From NCBI GenBank assembly GCA_030604825.1, contig JAUVVB010000001.1:56702-120701 (forward strand): a stretch of 64,000 nt of DNA. Direction: 5' to 3'. Of the stretch, positions 19,244-28,685 are shown one piece after another. Below the pieces are notes generated by a model, which saw nothing but the letters and a program-made list of their open reading frames with translations, ran no database searches and was not told the DNA's origin. This DNA comes from Chloroflexota bacterium. GTDB lineage: Bacteria; Chloroflexota; Dehalococcoidia; E44-bin15. The translations under genes and the position numbers were made by a program. Position 1 is the stretch's first letter; each line of letters begins with the position of its first letter.

Positions 19244-20371
19244 CTACCTCACCATACCCCCCCTGTCAACAACCGCTATTTCGATGAGGGCCAGCAGCCC
19301 CCCCGAAACCAGGGAATGAGCGCCAAGGATCACCGGAATGGGGGCTTCAACGGCCGCCTGGGTGAATTGGCGAATAAAGGGATGAGCTATCTTCTCAGGC
19401 TGCCCCAAATCGGAATAGAAGCGATCGGAGCGGGAGGGCCGAAGTCCAAGGTGGCTGAAGATGACCCGGGAGTCGATGAAGGCAGCATGGCCCAGCTCGC
19501 CCAGGGTGTCAAAGAAGCGATGAAGCCCCACCCTCTCCAGGTAGAAGCCGAGGATGGAATGAACCTGGCTGCGGCGGTCAGCCTGCATCCCCCGCTCCTC
19601 GGCGAGGATGCGCACCCGGCAGGCAGTCCCCCCCTCCAGCTGAGACCAAACATGGCTGCCAACCCGCCCTGCCACCAACACCTCAGCATCCTCATCGCCC
19701 AAATAGCTCATCGCCACCTCCAGGCGTGAGGTATCCAGGTCCAGGCTATCCACATAGGCTGTGGTATGGTTTCCCAGATTGGGGTGAAGCTTGAGGACGA
19801 GGACATCGGTGGGGGTATCCACGTCAAACTGATAGGCGGCGGTGCGGGGAAGCAAAACCTGCCTTAACCCAGCCTGGTGTGCCAGAAGCTGGGCCAGCAG
19901 ATTATCGGTGGCAGGGAGGTCGATGGCATCTATTGCCTTGCCCGGGGTGAAGGCAACGATGTCGGCGGAATAGGGATTATTGGTAATCACCGTATCGGTT
20001 GCCCGGGAAAGCTGCTGGGCAACCGCACCCAGCTCCGGAGCGGAGAGAAGGGGAATGCTCCCCCCGCCAACGTAGAAGGGCTGCTCAATATCGTGCCTTT
20101 CGATAACCTCCCTGAGCCTCGTGCCAAAATGAAATGGGCCTTGGCTTGACTCGACCATTACCCATGGGACAAGCCCGTGGCCCATCGCTTCCCTGTCGGT
20201 AACCAGGATAATGGGTTGAAAGCTCCCCTGCGCCCGCTCTATGGTATCCCTGGCAATGGCATGCCTACATGCTGCAACCATTTCCTCCACCGGGCTGCCC
20301 CCCATGCCGCCGAGGAAAAGGATGAGGCTAGGACCTGCCATCAAACCTCCCTTGCCAGCGTGAGTCCCCAC
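19244..20371 (-). CDS. hypothetical protein (375 aa), no confident family
   Basis: Long ORF with the GC/codon usage of its neighbours; Gly-rich N-terminus LILFLGGMGGSP; lies upstream of comF in the same orientation. Confidence 0.4.
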   Translation of the reverse strand: MGTHAGKGGLMAGPSLILFLGGMGGSPVEEMVAACRHAIARDTIERAQGSFQPIILVTDREAMGHGLVPWVMVESSQGPFHFGTRLREVIERHDIEQPFYVGGGSIPLLSAPELGAVAQQLSRATDTVITNNPYSADIVAFTPGKAIDAIDLPATDNLLAQLLAHQAGLRQVLLPRTAAYQFDVDTPTDVLVLKLHPNLGNHTTAYVDSLDLDTSRLEVAMSYLGDEDAEVLVAGRVGSHVWSQLEGGTACRVRILAEERGMQADRRSQVHSILGFYLERVGLHRFFDTLGELGHAAFIDSRVIFSHLGLRPSRSDRFYSDLGQPEKIAHPFIRQFTQAAVEAPIPVILGAHSLVSGGLLALIEIAVVDRGGMVR

Positions 20372-21123
20372 ACCGAGGCGGCTCCTGCCCCCTTCAGCGC
20401 GGCGGCACAGGAGTCAAGGGTGGCACCCGAGGTGCACACATCGTCGATGAGGAGGATGTCTTTCCCCTCCAGCTCGCCGCGGCAGGAGAAGGCATTGGCA
20501 ACGTTTATCTGGCGCTCCAAAGCGCTCCTCGTTCCCGTTTGGGGTGGGGTGTTGTGCACCCGAACCAGTAGCCCCTCAGCCAGCGGCAGCGAGCAAAGCT
20601 TCGCCAGCTCCCGGGCAAGAAGGGAGGACTGATTATAGCCCCGCTGGCGCAGGCGGCGGGGATGAAGGGGTACCGAGATCAAGACATCGCCGGGAAGGGG
20701 GTTCCCAGCCAGATATTCCTCCATGAGCTGGGCCAGGGGGGCGGCCAGAGCCTTCACATTTCCGTATTTCAGGGAGTGAATTGCCTGGCGCACCGCCCCC
20801 TCAAAGCGAAATGGGGAGCGAATGCCATCGATATAAAGCGAACGCGCCTCACAGCCAGGACAGAGGGTGCCAAAAGAAAGAGGGGCACCACACCTGGCAC
20901 ATAGAAGGGGTGAAAGCCGAGGAAGGGATGATCTGCAGGAAGGGCAAAGAAAGCTTCCCCTCACCCCACAACCAACGCACCAGGGAGGAAAGAAAAGGTC
21001 AAGAACCGTCCCTTTGAGCTGATTTAGCTGGGCGACTAAGTTCACCGTAAAAAGGGGGACCTGCTTCCCCGAACGATATTGGAAAGGGCTTTTAGCGCGG
21101 CCGGGGGCTATATGATGCCCCAC
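20341..21123 (-). CDS. comF: ComF-family protein (phosphoribosyltransferase-fold competence protein ComFC)
   Basis: N-terminal zinc-finger-like CVGCG..CPSC..CARCGAPL..CPGC; C-terminal PRTase motif ILLIDDVCTSGATL; the true start may lie downstream of 21123. Confidence 0.7.
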   Translation of the reverse strand: MGHHIAPGRAKSPFQYRSGKQVPLFTVNLVAQLNQLKGTVLDLFFPPWCVGCGVRGSFLCPSCRSSLPRLSPLLCARCGAPLSFGTLCPGCEARSLYIDGIRSPFRFEGAVRQAIHSLKYGNVKALAAPLAQLMEEYLAGNPLPGDVLISVPLHPRRLRQRGYNQSSLLARELAKLCSLPLAEGLLVRVHNTPPQTGTRSALERQINVANAFSCRGELEGKDILLIDDVCTSGATLDSCAAALKGAGAASVWGLTLAREV

Positions 21124-21304
21124 TAATGATGGGCTCGTTCACATAAACATCGCCGTTCCTGATCTTTAGGTTGAAGCCACAATCGAGATTGGTACAAACC
21201 CATGCCTTGTAGTGGATGGACGCCCCTTGACTGCCGAAGTCCGACAAGGGGACTAGATCACCCACCTTGCACTTCTGGCATTTGGGAAAGCCACTGTTCT
21301 CCAA
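21092..21304 (-). CDS. small zinc-ribbon protein (70 aa)
   Basis: CxxC...CxxxxC pattern (FPKCQKCKVGD...WVCTNLDCGF); tightly packed between ligT and comF; overlaps the comF N-terminus by 32 bp, so only one of the two starts can be as annotated. Confidence 0.35.
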   Translation of the reverse strand: MENSGFPKCQKCKVGDLVPLSDFGSQGASIHYKAWVCTNLDCGFNLKIRNGDVYVNEPIISGASYSPRPR

Positions 21305-21346
21305 GAGCCACCTCCCGACCTTTAATTAACGCCTCGAAGTATACTA

Positions 21347-21949
21347 CTAAACATCGTTTTTTGGCAATAGGCTTTCCAGGGAAATCGAGGAAATTCGACT
21401 ATAAATTGCCCCTTTGGGGGTGAGGGTGCTCCGCATCAGGCTTATCTCACCCACCTCAAAGGGGAAACCCCCTTCAAACTTGGTAATGCTCACCAGCTCC
21501 CCCAGCCTCCGCCGCTCCTCGGGGGATGCCCCCTGCCTAAATCTCCCCAGGGTGAGATGGGGGGCGAAGGAGCGGGATTCCACGGGGAAGCCGAGGGGAA
21601 GCAGGACGTGATCGATGCCCTGCTTGAGGGCAGCCAGCCTTTCCACCTCTCCGGCTACCGCCACCCAAAGCACCTGGGGTCGCCTCAGATTGGGGAAGGC
21701 CCCCAGCCCCCCCAGCTCCAGGCAAAAGGGTGGTATGCCCTTCGCCGCCTGGGCCATGGCCTCCGTTATCTGGGGTGCCTTACCCCCGGCGACGTTCCCC
21801 AGAAACTTGAGGGTAAGATGAATTCCCTTGGGGTCAACCCACTTCACACAGGGATGCTGCTCCGGCCTCAATCTGCCCTGCACGGAGGAAAGGCCACCTT
21901 CCACCTCATCGGGCAGCTCAATGGCGATAAAGGCTCGAATCTGCTCCAT
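21347..21949 (-). CDS. thpR: RNA 2',3'-cyclic phosphodiesterase / 2'-5' RNA ligase (2H phosphoesterase)
   Basis: 200 aa; two H-x-T/S-x motifs (IHLTLKFLG and PHLTLGRF). Confidence 0.8.
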   Translation of the reverse strand: MEQIRAFIAIELPDEVEGGLSSVQGRLRPEQHPCVKWVDPKGIHLTLKFLGNVAGGKAPQITEAMAQAAKGIPPFCLELGGLGAFPNLRRPQVLWVAVAGEVERLAALKQGIDHVLLPLGFPVESRSFAPHLTLGRFRQGASPEERRRLGELVSITKFEGGFPFEVGEISLMRSTLTPKGAIYSRISSISLESLLPKNDV

Positions 21950-21954
21950 GATCC

Positions 21955-22794
21955 CTAAAGGCCGAGAAGCCTTGTCGCATTCCCTCCCAGGATCAAACCC
22001 TCCGCCTCCTCCTCCAGGCCAGCGGAACGAAGCTGCGACATGATCCGGCTGGGGGGAAGCAGCGGATAATCGCTGCCAAAAAGGATTTTGTCCGCACCCA
22101 ATATCTGGCTCACATATTTGAAGACCTGGGGCTGATAAAGGAAGGGGGTGGCTGCGGTATCGAAAAAGACGTTCCCGAGCGCCTGACGTACCTCAGGCAT
22201 CAAGGCATAGAAGGGCAAGCCACCACCCCAGTGGGCGCAGACGATGGGGAGTTGGGGAAACTGGGAGATGAACCTATAGAGCATATCAAGGGTTACGTTC
22301 CCCTTTCCTGGATATAGGTGCCCCACCGGCTCCGAGGAGTGGGTAAGGAGGATGAATCGGTGATGTGCTGCCGCCTCCACAATGGGCCTCATCACCACCT
22401 CATCCCCCAGATCGAACCCCTGGATATCGGGCCTCAGCTCCCCGATGCCCTTTATCCCCCCGCGGGCGCAGCGCTCCATCTCGGCGACGGCCTTCTCTCC
22501 CGCCCTGGGCTGAAGGGCACAGAAGCCTACCAGCCGATCTGGATAGCGAGATATCGCTTCCATGATATAATCATTCGTTTCCTGGCATAGCTCGTGGTCC
22601 GTCCAGCCGATGTTGAGGATGATGGAGCGGTCGATGCCCTCCCGGTCCATGCTGGCGATGAGGTCCTCAGCGGTGGCAATTTTGGCCTTGGGGTTGGAAT
22701 AGAGGTGGGCAAAGCAGGGGTCACGCCCCAGATAGTGCTCCCTGCCTTCCCTCAGCTTTGGCGGGAAAATATGGGTGTGAAAGTCCACGATCAC
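21955..22794 (-). CDS. amidohydrolase-2 family metal-dependent hydrolase
   Basis: MIVDFHTHIFPP...; TIM-barrel amidohydrolase signature (HxH at N-terminus, internal HSSEP, D near C-terminus). Confidence 0.65.
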   Translation of the reverse strand: MIVDFHTHIFPPKLREGREHYLGRDPCFAHLYSNPKAKIATAEDLIASMDREGIDRSIILNIGWTDHELCQETNDYIMEAISRYPDRLVGFCALQPRAGEKAVAEMERCARGGIKGIGELRPDIQGFDLGDEVVMRPIVEAAAHHRFILLTHSSEPVGHLYPGKGNVTLDMLYRFISQFPQLPIVCAHWGGGLPFYALMPEVRQALGNVFFDTAATPFLYQPQVFKYVSQILGADKILFGSDYPLLPPSRIMSQLRSAGLEEEAEGLILGGNATRLLGL

Positions 22795-22877
22795 GCTCCG
22801 ATTTTAGAGGACATTTGGCCCGTGGTCAATATGCCCATCTAGGCCAGCCAGACGGAGCCTCCGGGGTCAACAAATCT

Positions 22878-22907
22878 ATAGACAACAAGTAATGGTTACT
22901 GTATAAT
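22878..22907 (+). promoter_or_regulatory. candidate sigma70-type promoter for the transketolase genes
   Basis: TAGACA (22878-22883), 18-nt spacer, TATAAT (22902-22907); then GAGGAGG and a TTG start at 22934. Confidence 0.3.
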
Positions 22908-22933
22908 AACCCAACGAGGCGAGGAGGTATAGA

Positions 22934-23842
22934 TTGCCCTCAAAGAAGCGAAGGACCATTAGAGCAAATCCCTCAGCCTCGGCAGCGAAAGCTAGGGCCG
23001 AGGCTACTTCTTCTCAGGCGATAGCGAAGCCTCTCACCGTGGAGGCGTTGAAGGAAAGGGCGAAAAAACTGCGCCGCCACATCATCGCCATGACGGCAAG
23101 GGCGGGCAGCGGGCATCCCGGCGGTTCCCTTTCCTCGGCGGAGATCATAACCGCCCTCTACTTCAATTTCCTGCGCCACGACCCCAGAGACCCCCGCTGG
23201 CCTGACCGCGACCGATTTGTGTTAAGCAAGGGCCATGCGGCACCGCTGCTTTATGCCGCCCTTGCCGAAACTGGCTATTTCCCCGTGGAGGAGCTTTTGA
23301 CCCTCAGAAAGCTGGATAGCAGGATGCAGGGTCATACCGATATGACCACCACCCCAGGGGTGGAGATGTCCGCTGGCTCTCTAGGGCAGGGCTTATCCTT
23401 CAGCATCGGCATTGCCCTTGCCGCTCGCCTCGACCGCCGCGATTACCGCGTCTACGTTCTGCTGGGGGATGGGGAGTGCGATGAGGGGCAGGTCTGGGAG
23501 GCAGCGATGGCTGCCTCCCACTATAAGGTGGATAACCTGGTTGCCATCGTCGATCGCAACCAACAGCAGATCGATGGCTGGACCTATGATGTGATGGATA
23601 CCGAGCCCCTGGCCGAGAAGTGGCGCTCCTTCGGGTGGCACACCATCGAGGTCGATGGGCACGAGCTAGCCCAGATCCTGGCTGCCCTCGATGAGGCAAA
23701 GCAGGTGAAGGGAAGGCCAACGGCCATTATCGCCCATACCACCAAGGGGAAAGGGGTCAGCTTCATGGAGAATAACCCCGAGTTTCATGGCAGGGCCCCT
23801 ACCCCCGAAGAGGCGGAGAGGGCGCTTAAGGAGCTGGAGTGA
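22934..23842 (+). CDS. transketolase, N-terminal (thiamine-PP binding) subunit
   Basis: TARAGSGHPGGSLSSAEIITALYF, GDGECDEGQVWEA; split two-gene transketolase. Confidence 0.85.
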   Translation: MPSKKRRTIRANPSASAAKARAEATSSQAIAKPLTVEALKERAKKLRRHIIAMTARAGSGHPGGSLSSAEIITALYFNFLRHDPRDPRWPDRDRFVLSKGHAAPLLYAALAETGYFPVEELLTLRKLDSRMQGHTDMTTTPGVEMSAGSLGQGLSFSIGIALAARLDRRDYRVYVLLGDGECDEGQVWEAAMAASHYKVDNLVAIVDRNQQQIDGWTYDVMDTEPLAEKWRSFGWHTIEVDGHELAQILAALDEAKQVKGRPTAIIAHTTKGKGVSFMENNPEFHGRAPTPEEAERALKELE

Positions 23843-24783
23843 TGGCCCTGGAGAGGTACACCAGGGAGGCCTATGGGAATGCCCTTCTCCAGCTGGGCAG
23901 GGAGAACGAAGACATCGTGGTCCTCGATGCAGACCTCTCCCGCTCCACCATGACCCGCATTTTTGCCATGGAGTTTCCCCACCGCTTCTTCGATTGTGGC
24001 ATCGCCGAGCAGAACATGATGGGAATTGCCGCCGGCCTCGCCGCCTCGGGAAAGACCGTCTTTGCCAGCACCTTCGCCGTTTTTGCCTCCTCCCGCTGCT
24101 ATGACCAGGTTCGCATGTCCATCGCCCAGCCCCGTCAGAACGTTAAGATCGTGCCCAGCCATGGCGGAATCACCGTGGGGGAGGATGGCTTTTCCCACCA
24201 CTCCATCGAAGACCTGGCCCTGATGTGCTCCTTCCCCAACTTCACCGTTATCGTCCCCGCCGATGCCGTGGAGGCAGCCCAGGCAGTGAGAGCGGCAGCA
24301 AATACCTATGGCCCCTTCTATATCAGGCTCTGCCGCCCCAAAACGCCGCTGATCTTGGGGGAGGATTATCGCTTCATCATTGGCAAGGCAGCAACGCTGA
24401 GGGAGGGGAAGGATGTCACCATCATCGCCTGTGGCCTCATGGTGGCCAGGGCACTTCAGGCCGCCCACAACCTGATACGAGACGGAATCGATTGCCGGGT
24501 GGTTAACATGTCCACCCTCAAGCCCTTAGATGAGGATGTCATCGTCAAGGCAGCAAAGGAGACCGGCGCTATCTTGACCGCGGAGGAACACCTTCAGCAC
24601 GGCGGGCTGGGGAGCAGGGTCTCTCAAGTGGTGGCCAGGTACCATCCCGTCCCCATGTCCTTCCTCGCCATAAGGGATTTCTACTCCCCTTCAGGAAAGC
24701 CGGAGGAGCTTATGGAGCGGCACGGCCTCACCGTGGAGGGAATCGAGCAAGCGGTGCGCTCCCTCATCTCCAGGAAGCCTTAG
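23839..24783 (+). CDS. transketolase, C-terminal (pyrimidine-binding/transketolase_C) subunit
   Basis: 314 aa; REAYGNALLQLGRENEDIVVLDADLSRST...; ATGA overlap with the N-terminal subunit. Confidence 0.85.
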   Translation: MMALERYTREAYGNALLQLGRENEDIVVLDADLSRSTMTRIFAMEFPHRFFDCGIAEQNMMGIAAGLAASGKTVFASTFAVFASSRCYDQVRMSIAQPRQNVKIVPSHGGITVGEDGFSHHSIEDLALMCSFPNFTVIVPADAVEAAQAVRAAANTYGPFYIRLCRPKTPLILGEDYRFIIGKAATLREGKDVTIIACGLMVARALQAAHNLIRDGIDCRVVNMSTLKPLDEDVIVKAAKETGAILTAEEHLQHGGLGSRVSQVVARYHPVPMSFLAIRDFYSPSGKPEELMERHGLTVEGIEQAVRSLISRKP

Positions 24784-26051
24784 CCTCTGACCTGACCGCT
24801 GCCCATGATCACCCACTTATAGGTGGTGAGCTCCTTTAGCCCCATAGGGCCGCGGGCATGAAACTTCTGGGTGCTGATCCCCACCTCAGCCCCCAGCCCG
24901 AATTGACCGCCATCGGTGAAGCGGGTGCTGGCATTGACATAGACGCAGGCAGCATCCACCTCATCCAAGAAGCGCATCGCAGCGGAGTAGTCCTCGGTTA
25001 CGATGGCCTCGGAATGCCCCGAGCCGTAGCGCTGGATGTGCTCCAGCGCCTCATCCAGAGAATCAACAACCCTTATCGCCGCAACCAGTGCTAGAAATTC
25101 CTTCCCCCAATCGGAATCGGATGCTGGGGCGACCTTAAAGTTCGAAAAAGAGAGGGTCGCAAGCGCCCGCTCATCGCAGTGCATCTCCACCCCAGCCTGG
25201 GCCCACTCTCCGGCAATCATCGGCAGAAAGCGCTGGGCAACATCGCGATGAACCAGCAGGCAATCCAGGGCATTGCACACCGTGGGGCGCTGCACCTTGG
25301 CGTTGTAACAGATGGCAACCGCCTTATCCAGGTCGGCGGTGCTATCCACATAGGTGTGGCACACGCCAACCCCACTGGCAAGCACGGGCATGGTGGCATT
25401 CTCGGCGACCAGCGCCACCAGCGCCTCGCCACCACGGGGGATGATGAGGTCGATGGCGTCCTTCATCCTTAGCATCTGATTTACCAGCTCCCTAGCGGTG
25501 GACTCGATGAACTGCACCGCATCCGGGGGAACCCCCGCCTCCCCAACGGCGTCCTTTATCACCCTGACCAGGGCCCCGTTGGAGCGGAGCGCCTCCTTTC
25601 CCCCCCTGAGGATCACCGCATTCCCCGACTTGAGGCAAAGGGACGAGATGTCCACGGTGACATTGGGGCGGCTCTCATAGATGATTCCGATAACCCCCAG
25701 TGGCACCCTCCTCCGCTCAAGGTGCAGCCCATTGGGAAGCACCCTGACATCGAAGCTCTCCCCAACCGGGTCGGGGAGGGAGGCAACGGTGCCCACATCC
25801 TGAGCCATGGCCTGAAGCCCGGACGAGGTGAGGAGCAGCCTGTCGAGCATAGCATCGCCCATCCCGCTGGCCTTGGCCTCATCACAGTCGAGCTTGTTAG
25901 CTTCAAGGATCTCCCCCTCCCTGGAGACGAGGCTTTGAGCGATATTCATTAGCGCCCTGTTCTTCACCTCGGTGGGAAGGTGAGCCAGCGTTCTGGAGGC
26001 AGCCTTAGCAGCCTTTCCCTTCTTTTCGAGCTCCTCCATGGCAGATGACAT
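24780..26051 (-). CDS. proA: gamma-glutamyl phosphate reductase
   Basis: 423 aa aldehyde-dehydrogenase fold; typical ProA C-terminal region ...GLKELTTYKWVIMGSGQVR. Confidence 0.85.
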   Translation of the reverse strand: MSSAMEELEKKGKAAKAASRTLAHLPTEVKNRALMNIAQSLVSREGEILEANKLDCDEAKASGMGDAMLDRLLLTSSGLQAMAQDVGTVASLPDPVGESFDVRVLPNGLHLERRRVPLGVIGIIYESRPNVTVDISSLCLKSGNAVILRGGKEALRSNGALVRVIKDAVGEAGVPPDAVQFIESTARELVNQMLRMKDAIDLIIPRGGEALVALVAENATMPVLASGVGVCHTYVDSTADLDKAVAICYNAKVQRPTVCNALDCLLVHRDVAQRFLPMIAGEWAQAGVEMHCDERALATLSFSNFKVAPASDSDWGKEFLALVAAIRVVDSLDEALEHIQRYGSGHSEAIVTEDYSAAMRFLDEVDAACVYVNASTRFTDGGQFGLGAEVGISTQKFHARGPMGLKELTTYKWVIMGSGQVRG

Positions 26052-26055
26052 GGCA

Positions 26056-27525
26056 TTAACTCCCTTCTAACGGCAATTGCTCCTCTTTCTTAGAAACCTT
26101 GGGCGCTTTGGCATAGGGGGAGGTTGGCGACGGCATGTCAACAGCCTTACCCCGCAACAATTCCTCAATTGTCAGGATTTGAATCTTGGGATACTCTTTA
26201 TTCCAGAGCGGCGAATGATAGCTGCCAGCGCTCACCGCCTCTGTTCTCATCTCTCTGGTGGGAGGCTCCAAAGTTATGAAGACGCCCATGGCATGCCGGC
26301 TGGCGATGTCCTTTAATTCCCTGATGTCCTTCACATGAACATGGCCACTCTTTACAGAGACGACAGCCCGCTTCATACTCGGTTTGCCCGTAGCCTCGTC
26401 CCTATCTACAAAGTCAATGACGCCGTCAATCCCCTTGTCAGCACCCTTCCTGCGCTCCTCAGGGAAGGGCTTGGCCTTGATACGGCTCAGCGCCCACCAC
26501 TGGAACTGATAGCGGTCTTGCCTGGCTAAGGCTTTAGCTCCCGCTACATCCACCGGCTCACCAATAGCCTCAACCTGAATGCCACGGAAAGTGTCTTCCA
26601 GACGACTTCGCATAACGGCGATTGCCAGATGGGTGATGTCGATGCCAATCCAGCGCCTGTTTAAGCTATGCGCCGCCACAAGCGTGGTGCCACAGCCGCA
26701 AAAGGGATCAAGGACGACATCACCCTCATTGGAGCTTGCCTTGATGATACGCTCCAGTAGCGCTTCTGGCTTCTGAGTGGGATAGCCGAGGCGCTCCTTT
26801 GCGGAGGGAGGGACGAACGGGATGTGCCAAACATCATGTTCAGGGACTCCTTGTTCTCTGGTTGTCGTCACTAAATAGGGCTCTTCGCCTCGCTTAAACC
26901 TGTGTAAGATACCTTGCCGTTTTCTCTCAAGGGAACCAGCGGTGTAGGGTGTGAACTGCGTATTGAACTTATAGTTTCCAGTCTTTGTGTAGAAAAACAA
27001 AGTCTCATGTAATCTTTGAAATCTTTTGGCTTGAGCAGTCCAACGCCGATAATGCCACACAATCTCATTCTGAAAGTTCTTGACCCCAAACACCTGATCC
27101 AGCACGAGCTTAAGGTAGTGGCTGGCGGTGGGGTCGCAGTGGAGATAAAGGCAGCCTGTATCTTTCAAAACACGGTGAAGCTCCACCAGGCGGATGGTCA
27201 TCATCACGAGGTAGGCGGTAACATCGTTTCGCCCCAGGCCATCAACCATGGCATCTATTAGCTTCGCCACCTTCGGCGGCGCGGTATTAATGATCTCCTG
27301 AAAGGTGTCCTCCGCTGCCTGATCCCAGTGCCATGTATCGCTGAAAGCCTTTATCTGCGCCGCAGAAAGCTCGCCTGTCGCTTCCTTGAACAGAATGTTG
27401 TAGTGCCTCTTGCTGCTGAAAGGCGGGTCAAGATAAATCAGGTCAATGGAATTAGCCGGGATGTATTTGCGCAAAATTTCAAGATTGTCGCCATAATAGA
27501 GAACATTGATCTTTAACTCATCCAT
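26056..27525 (-). CDS. beta-class N6-adenine/N4-cytosine DNA methyltransferase fused to a C-terminal Mrr-like (PD-(D/E)xK, Mrr_cat-type) domain
   Basis: Motif IV DPPF (IDLIYLDPPFSS) precedes motif I (VVLDPFCGCGTTLVAAH), i.e. beta-class order; the C-terminal ~170 aa reads FQWWALSRI...GADKGIDGVIDF...AVVSVKSG...GVFITLEPPT...IQILTIEELLRG, co-linear with the Mrr catalytic-domain pattern (SVK in place of Q/ExK). Confidence 0.7.
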   Translation of the reverse strand: MDELKINVLYYGDNLEILRKYIPANSIDLIYLDPPFSSKRHYNILFKEATGELSAAQIKAFSDTWHWDQAAEDTFQEIINTAPPKVAKLIDAMVDGLGRNDVTAYLVMMTIRLVELHRVLKDTGCLYLHCDPTASHYLKLVLDQVFGVKNFQNEIVWHYRRWTAQAKRFQRLHETLFFYTKTGNYKFNTQFTPYTAGSLERKRQGILHRFKRGEEPYLVTTTREQGVPEHDVWHIPFVPPSAKERLGYPTQKPEALLERIIKASSNEGDVVLDPFCGCGTTLVAAHSLNRRWIGIDITHLAIAVMRSRLEDTFRGIQVEAIGEPVDVAGAKALARQDRYQFQWWALSRIKAKPFPEERRKGADKGIDGVIDFVDRDEATGKPSMKRAVVSVKSGHVHVKDIRELKDIASRHAMGVFITLEPPTREMRTEAVSAGSYHSPLWNKEYPKIQILTIEELLRGKAVDMPSPTSPYAKAPKVSKKEEQLPLEGS

Positions 27526-27536
27526 GCCGCCACCTC

Positions 27537-28685
27537 CTACAAAATGACCAAATTGTTCCGGTGCACCACCTCATCCCCGTATCCATAGCCGAGAAGGCTT
27601 TGTATCCTGTCAGAGCGAGCGCCCTTGATCACGGCGATCTCCCTTGAGCTATAGTTAGATATGCCGCAGGCAATCTGATTGCCCTCGGTGTCAACGACGT
27701 TCACCGCATCGCCGCGCTCAAAATTGCCCTCCACCTCCCTGATGCCTGCGGGAAGCAGGCTCCGGTTCTGCTCCCTCAACGCCACCACCGCCCCCTCGTC
27801 CACCACCAGCCTCCCCCTTGCCGCCAGCCCGCTGAGCATCCAGCGCTTCCTGCTCTCCATCTTGCTGGTCGCCGCCAGGAAGAGGGTGCCTATGGACTCT
27901 CCTGCCACCAGCCGAAGCAAGATGTCCCTCTCCCTGCCATCGGCGATGATCACCGAGGCTCCGGAGGCGGTGGCCAGCCTGGCCGCCTGAATCTTGGTGG
28001 CCATGCCACCGTGCCCCCGGCCCCTGGTGCCGCCAGCGAGGCGCTCAATGGCCTCATCGATCCTGTCCACCCGAGGGATGAGGGTTGCCCTTTTGACCTT
28101 GGCCGGGTCTGCGGTATAGAGCCCGGCAACATCGCCCAAAAGCACCAGCAGGTCGGCATCTACCAGATTGGTCACCATGGCGGAGAGGTTATCGTTATCG
28201 CCGAAGGTCGCCCCCTCAAGCTCGTCTACGGCCACCACATCGTTCTCATTGACGATGGGCACTACCCGGAACTCGAGGAGGGCAAGAAGGGTGTTTCTGG
28301 CGTTGAGATAGCCCAGGCGGTCGCAGAGGTCCGCCTTGGTAAGCAGGGTCTGGGCCACGGTGATGCCATGACAGCCGAAGAGCTGCTCATAGGAGTGCAT
28401 CAGGGCGTTCTGCCCCACCGCCGCCATCACCTGGCGGAAGGGGATGTCCCTGCGCTCCTTGGTGAGCCCCAGCTTTTGCCTGCCAGCGGCGATGGCCCCC
28501 GAGGAGACGATGATCACCTCACAGCCCTGCTGGTGAAGCCTCGCCAACTGACCCACCAATGTGGCCATCACCTCAAGGTCCAGGCGATCGCTGCCTGCGG
28601 TGAGCAGATTTGTGCCTAGCTTGACCACCAGCCGCCGATAAGGGGTCCCCAGCTCAGCCACCTTTACCCCCCTCCACTCCCCCAT
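27537..28685 (-). CDS. proB: glutamate 5-kinase (with C-terminal PUA domain)
   Basis: RRLVVKLGTNLLT..., amino-acid kinase fold; C-terminal PUA (DAVNVVDTEGNQIACGISNYSSREI). Confidence 0.85.
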   Translation of the reverse strand: MGEWRGVKVAELGTPYRRLVVKLGTNLLTAGSDRLDLEVMATLVGQLARLHQQGCEVIIVSSGAIAAGRQKLGLTKERRDIPFRQVMAAVGQNALMHSYEQLFGCHGITVAQTLLTKADLCDRLGYLNARNTLLALLEFRVVPIVNENDVVAVDELEGATFGDNDNLSAMVTNLVDADLLVLLGDVAGLYTADPAKVKRATLIPRVDRIDEAIERLAGGTRGRGHGGMATKIQAARLATASGASVIIADGRERDILLRLVAGESIGTLFLAATSKMESRKRWMLSGLAARGRLVVDEGAVVALREQNRSLLPAGIREVEGNFERGDAVNVVDTEGNQIACGISNYSSREIAVIKGARSDRIQSLLGYGYGDEVVHRNNLVIL

